From positions 20,101 through 84,100 of the forward strand of contig OZ246956.1 of the NCBI GenBank assembly GCA_965232105.1: 64,000 nucleotides of DNA, written 5' to 3'. The notes under the pieces are model-generated. The model was not told the DNA's origin. It saw only the letters and a list, made by a program, of their open reading frames with translations, and did not search any database. The DNA is from Thermoanaerobaculia bacterium (GTDB taxonomy: Bacteria; Acidobacteriota; Thermoanaerobaculia; Multivoradales; Multivoraceae). The position numbers and the translations under genes are program-made. The first letter of the stretch is position 1. Every line of letters starts with the position of its first letter. Shown here piece after piece: positions 63,449 to 64,000 of this stretch.

Positions 63449-64000
63449 TTGATCTCCGTACTCCTCATCGTCCTCGGCATCGCCGTGCTCTGGGCCGGCG
63501 GCGAAGTCCTCGTGCGCTCGGTGACCGGACTGGCCGCCGTGTTGCGGGTGAGCCCGACGGTAGTCGGTCTGACGGTGGTGGCCTTCGGCACCTCGGCGCC
63601 GGAGTTGGCCGCCGCAATCAGCGCCGCGCTGCGCGATTCGCCCGGACTCGTCTACGGCAACGTCGTCGGTTCGAACATCGCCAACGTCGGACTCATCCTC
63701 GGCCTGTCGGCCCTGTTCGCCCCCCTTCACAACCACGACGACTCCAGCGAACGACAGGCCATTCGGCTGGTTCGCCGCGAGTTGCCCTTCATGCTCGCCA
63801 CGTCGTTTCTGGTTCTGGCATTCGTCGGCTTCGGACAGCTCGGGCGCCTCGCCGGCGTCGTCCTGCTCGCGCTGATGGCGTACTTCCTCGTCGTGCTCGT
63901 ACGCACCGGCGACGCCGAACCGCCGAGCCCCCAGGGCGTAAACGCATTCAGGGCCGTGGTGGGCACCCTGCTGGGGCTCACATTCCTGGTTGTGGGCGCC
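63449..64000 (+). CDS. Ca2+/cation antiporter (CaCA, YrbG-like), N-terminal part; runs off the window
   Basis: Absent from the track because it has no stop. TTG 63449 gives LISVLLIVLGIAVLWAGGEVLVRSV...GLTVVAFGTSAPELAAAISAA...GNVVGSNIANVGLILG..., the alpha-1 repeat of the Na_Ca_ex family. Confidence 0.8.
   Translation, partial: MISVLLIVLGIAVLWAGGEVLVRSVTGLAAVLRVSPTVVGLTVVAFGTSAPELAAAISAALRDSPGLVYGNVVGSNIANVGLILGLSALFAPLHNHDDSSERQAIRLVRRELPFMLATSFLVLAFVGFGQLGRLAGVVLLALMAYFLVVLVRTGDAEPPSPQGVNAFRAVVGTLLGLTFLVVGA

Noticed and set aside
59320-63452. Antisense or alternate-frame ORFs (451, 338, 451 and 447 aa) over ydeP-like, fdhD and gdh
   Set aside because: Same reasoning: the annotated frames carry family motifs and the alternatives are Arg/Pro/Gly-rich.

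Overview
High-GC bacterial chromosomal window (about two-thirds G+C by eye) with about 60 protein-coding genes. I saw no rRNA, tRNA or CRISPR array. The host looks diderm: it has OmpA-like, Tsx-like and other beta-barrel outer-membrane proteins and many lipoprotein signal peptides. Region 1-30.4 kb is mostly housekeeping or metabolic. It holds a folP-folB fusion plus folK, scattered beta-oxidation genes (acyl-CoA dehydrogenase, two crotonases, thiolase, SDR), secreted hydrolases (oligopeptidase B, AlkP-family phosphodiesterase, arylsulfatase, M20 peptidase), and a 4-gene operon of MMPL/RND transporter, binding-protein-like gene, GT-C glycosyltransferase and DUF547. Region 30.4-40.1 kb is an accessory, defence-type island. 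It holds an intact MntA/HepT toxin-antitoxin pair, a 431-aa protein with a C-terminal Rx4H (HEPN-like) motif, a decayed hepT fragment, a DUF4365-like nuclease-TPR protein, a type IIG restriction-modification gene broken by an IS256-family element and lacking its methyltransferase core, and a frameshifted DUF222/HNH gene. Region 42.9-53.9 kb carries the imuA-imuB-dnaE2 mutagenesis cassette. About 4.9 kb of accessory genes (AAA ATPase, ferredoxin, VOC protein, a second MNT/HEPN pair, TPR protein) separate imuB from dnaE2. A short motif is shared upstream of imuA and dnaE2. At 54.5-58.7 kb, two ORFs that together form one FG-GAP/ASPIC-thioredoxin-TPR architecture are separated only by an in-frame TGA, with a SECIS-like hairpin 11 nt downstream. 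The window ends with a ydeP-like molybdoenzyme gene plus fdhD, a GLUD1-like glutamate dehydrogenase and a partial CaCA antiporter. Several short intergenic repeat families and palindromes are present. The many long antisense ORFs in the track are typical high-GC shadow ORFs and were rejected. All homology statements come from my own motif recognition; no database search was run.
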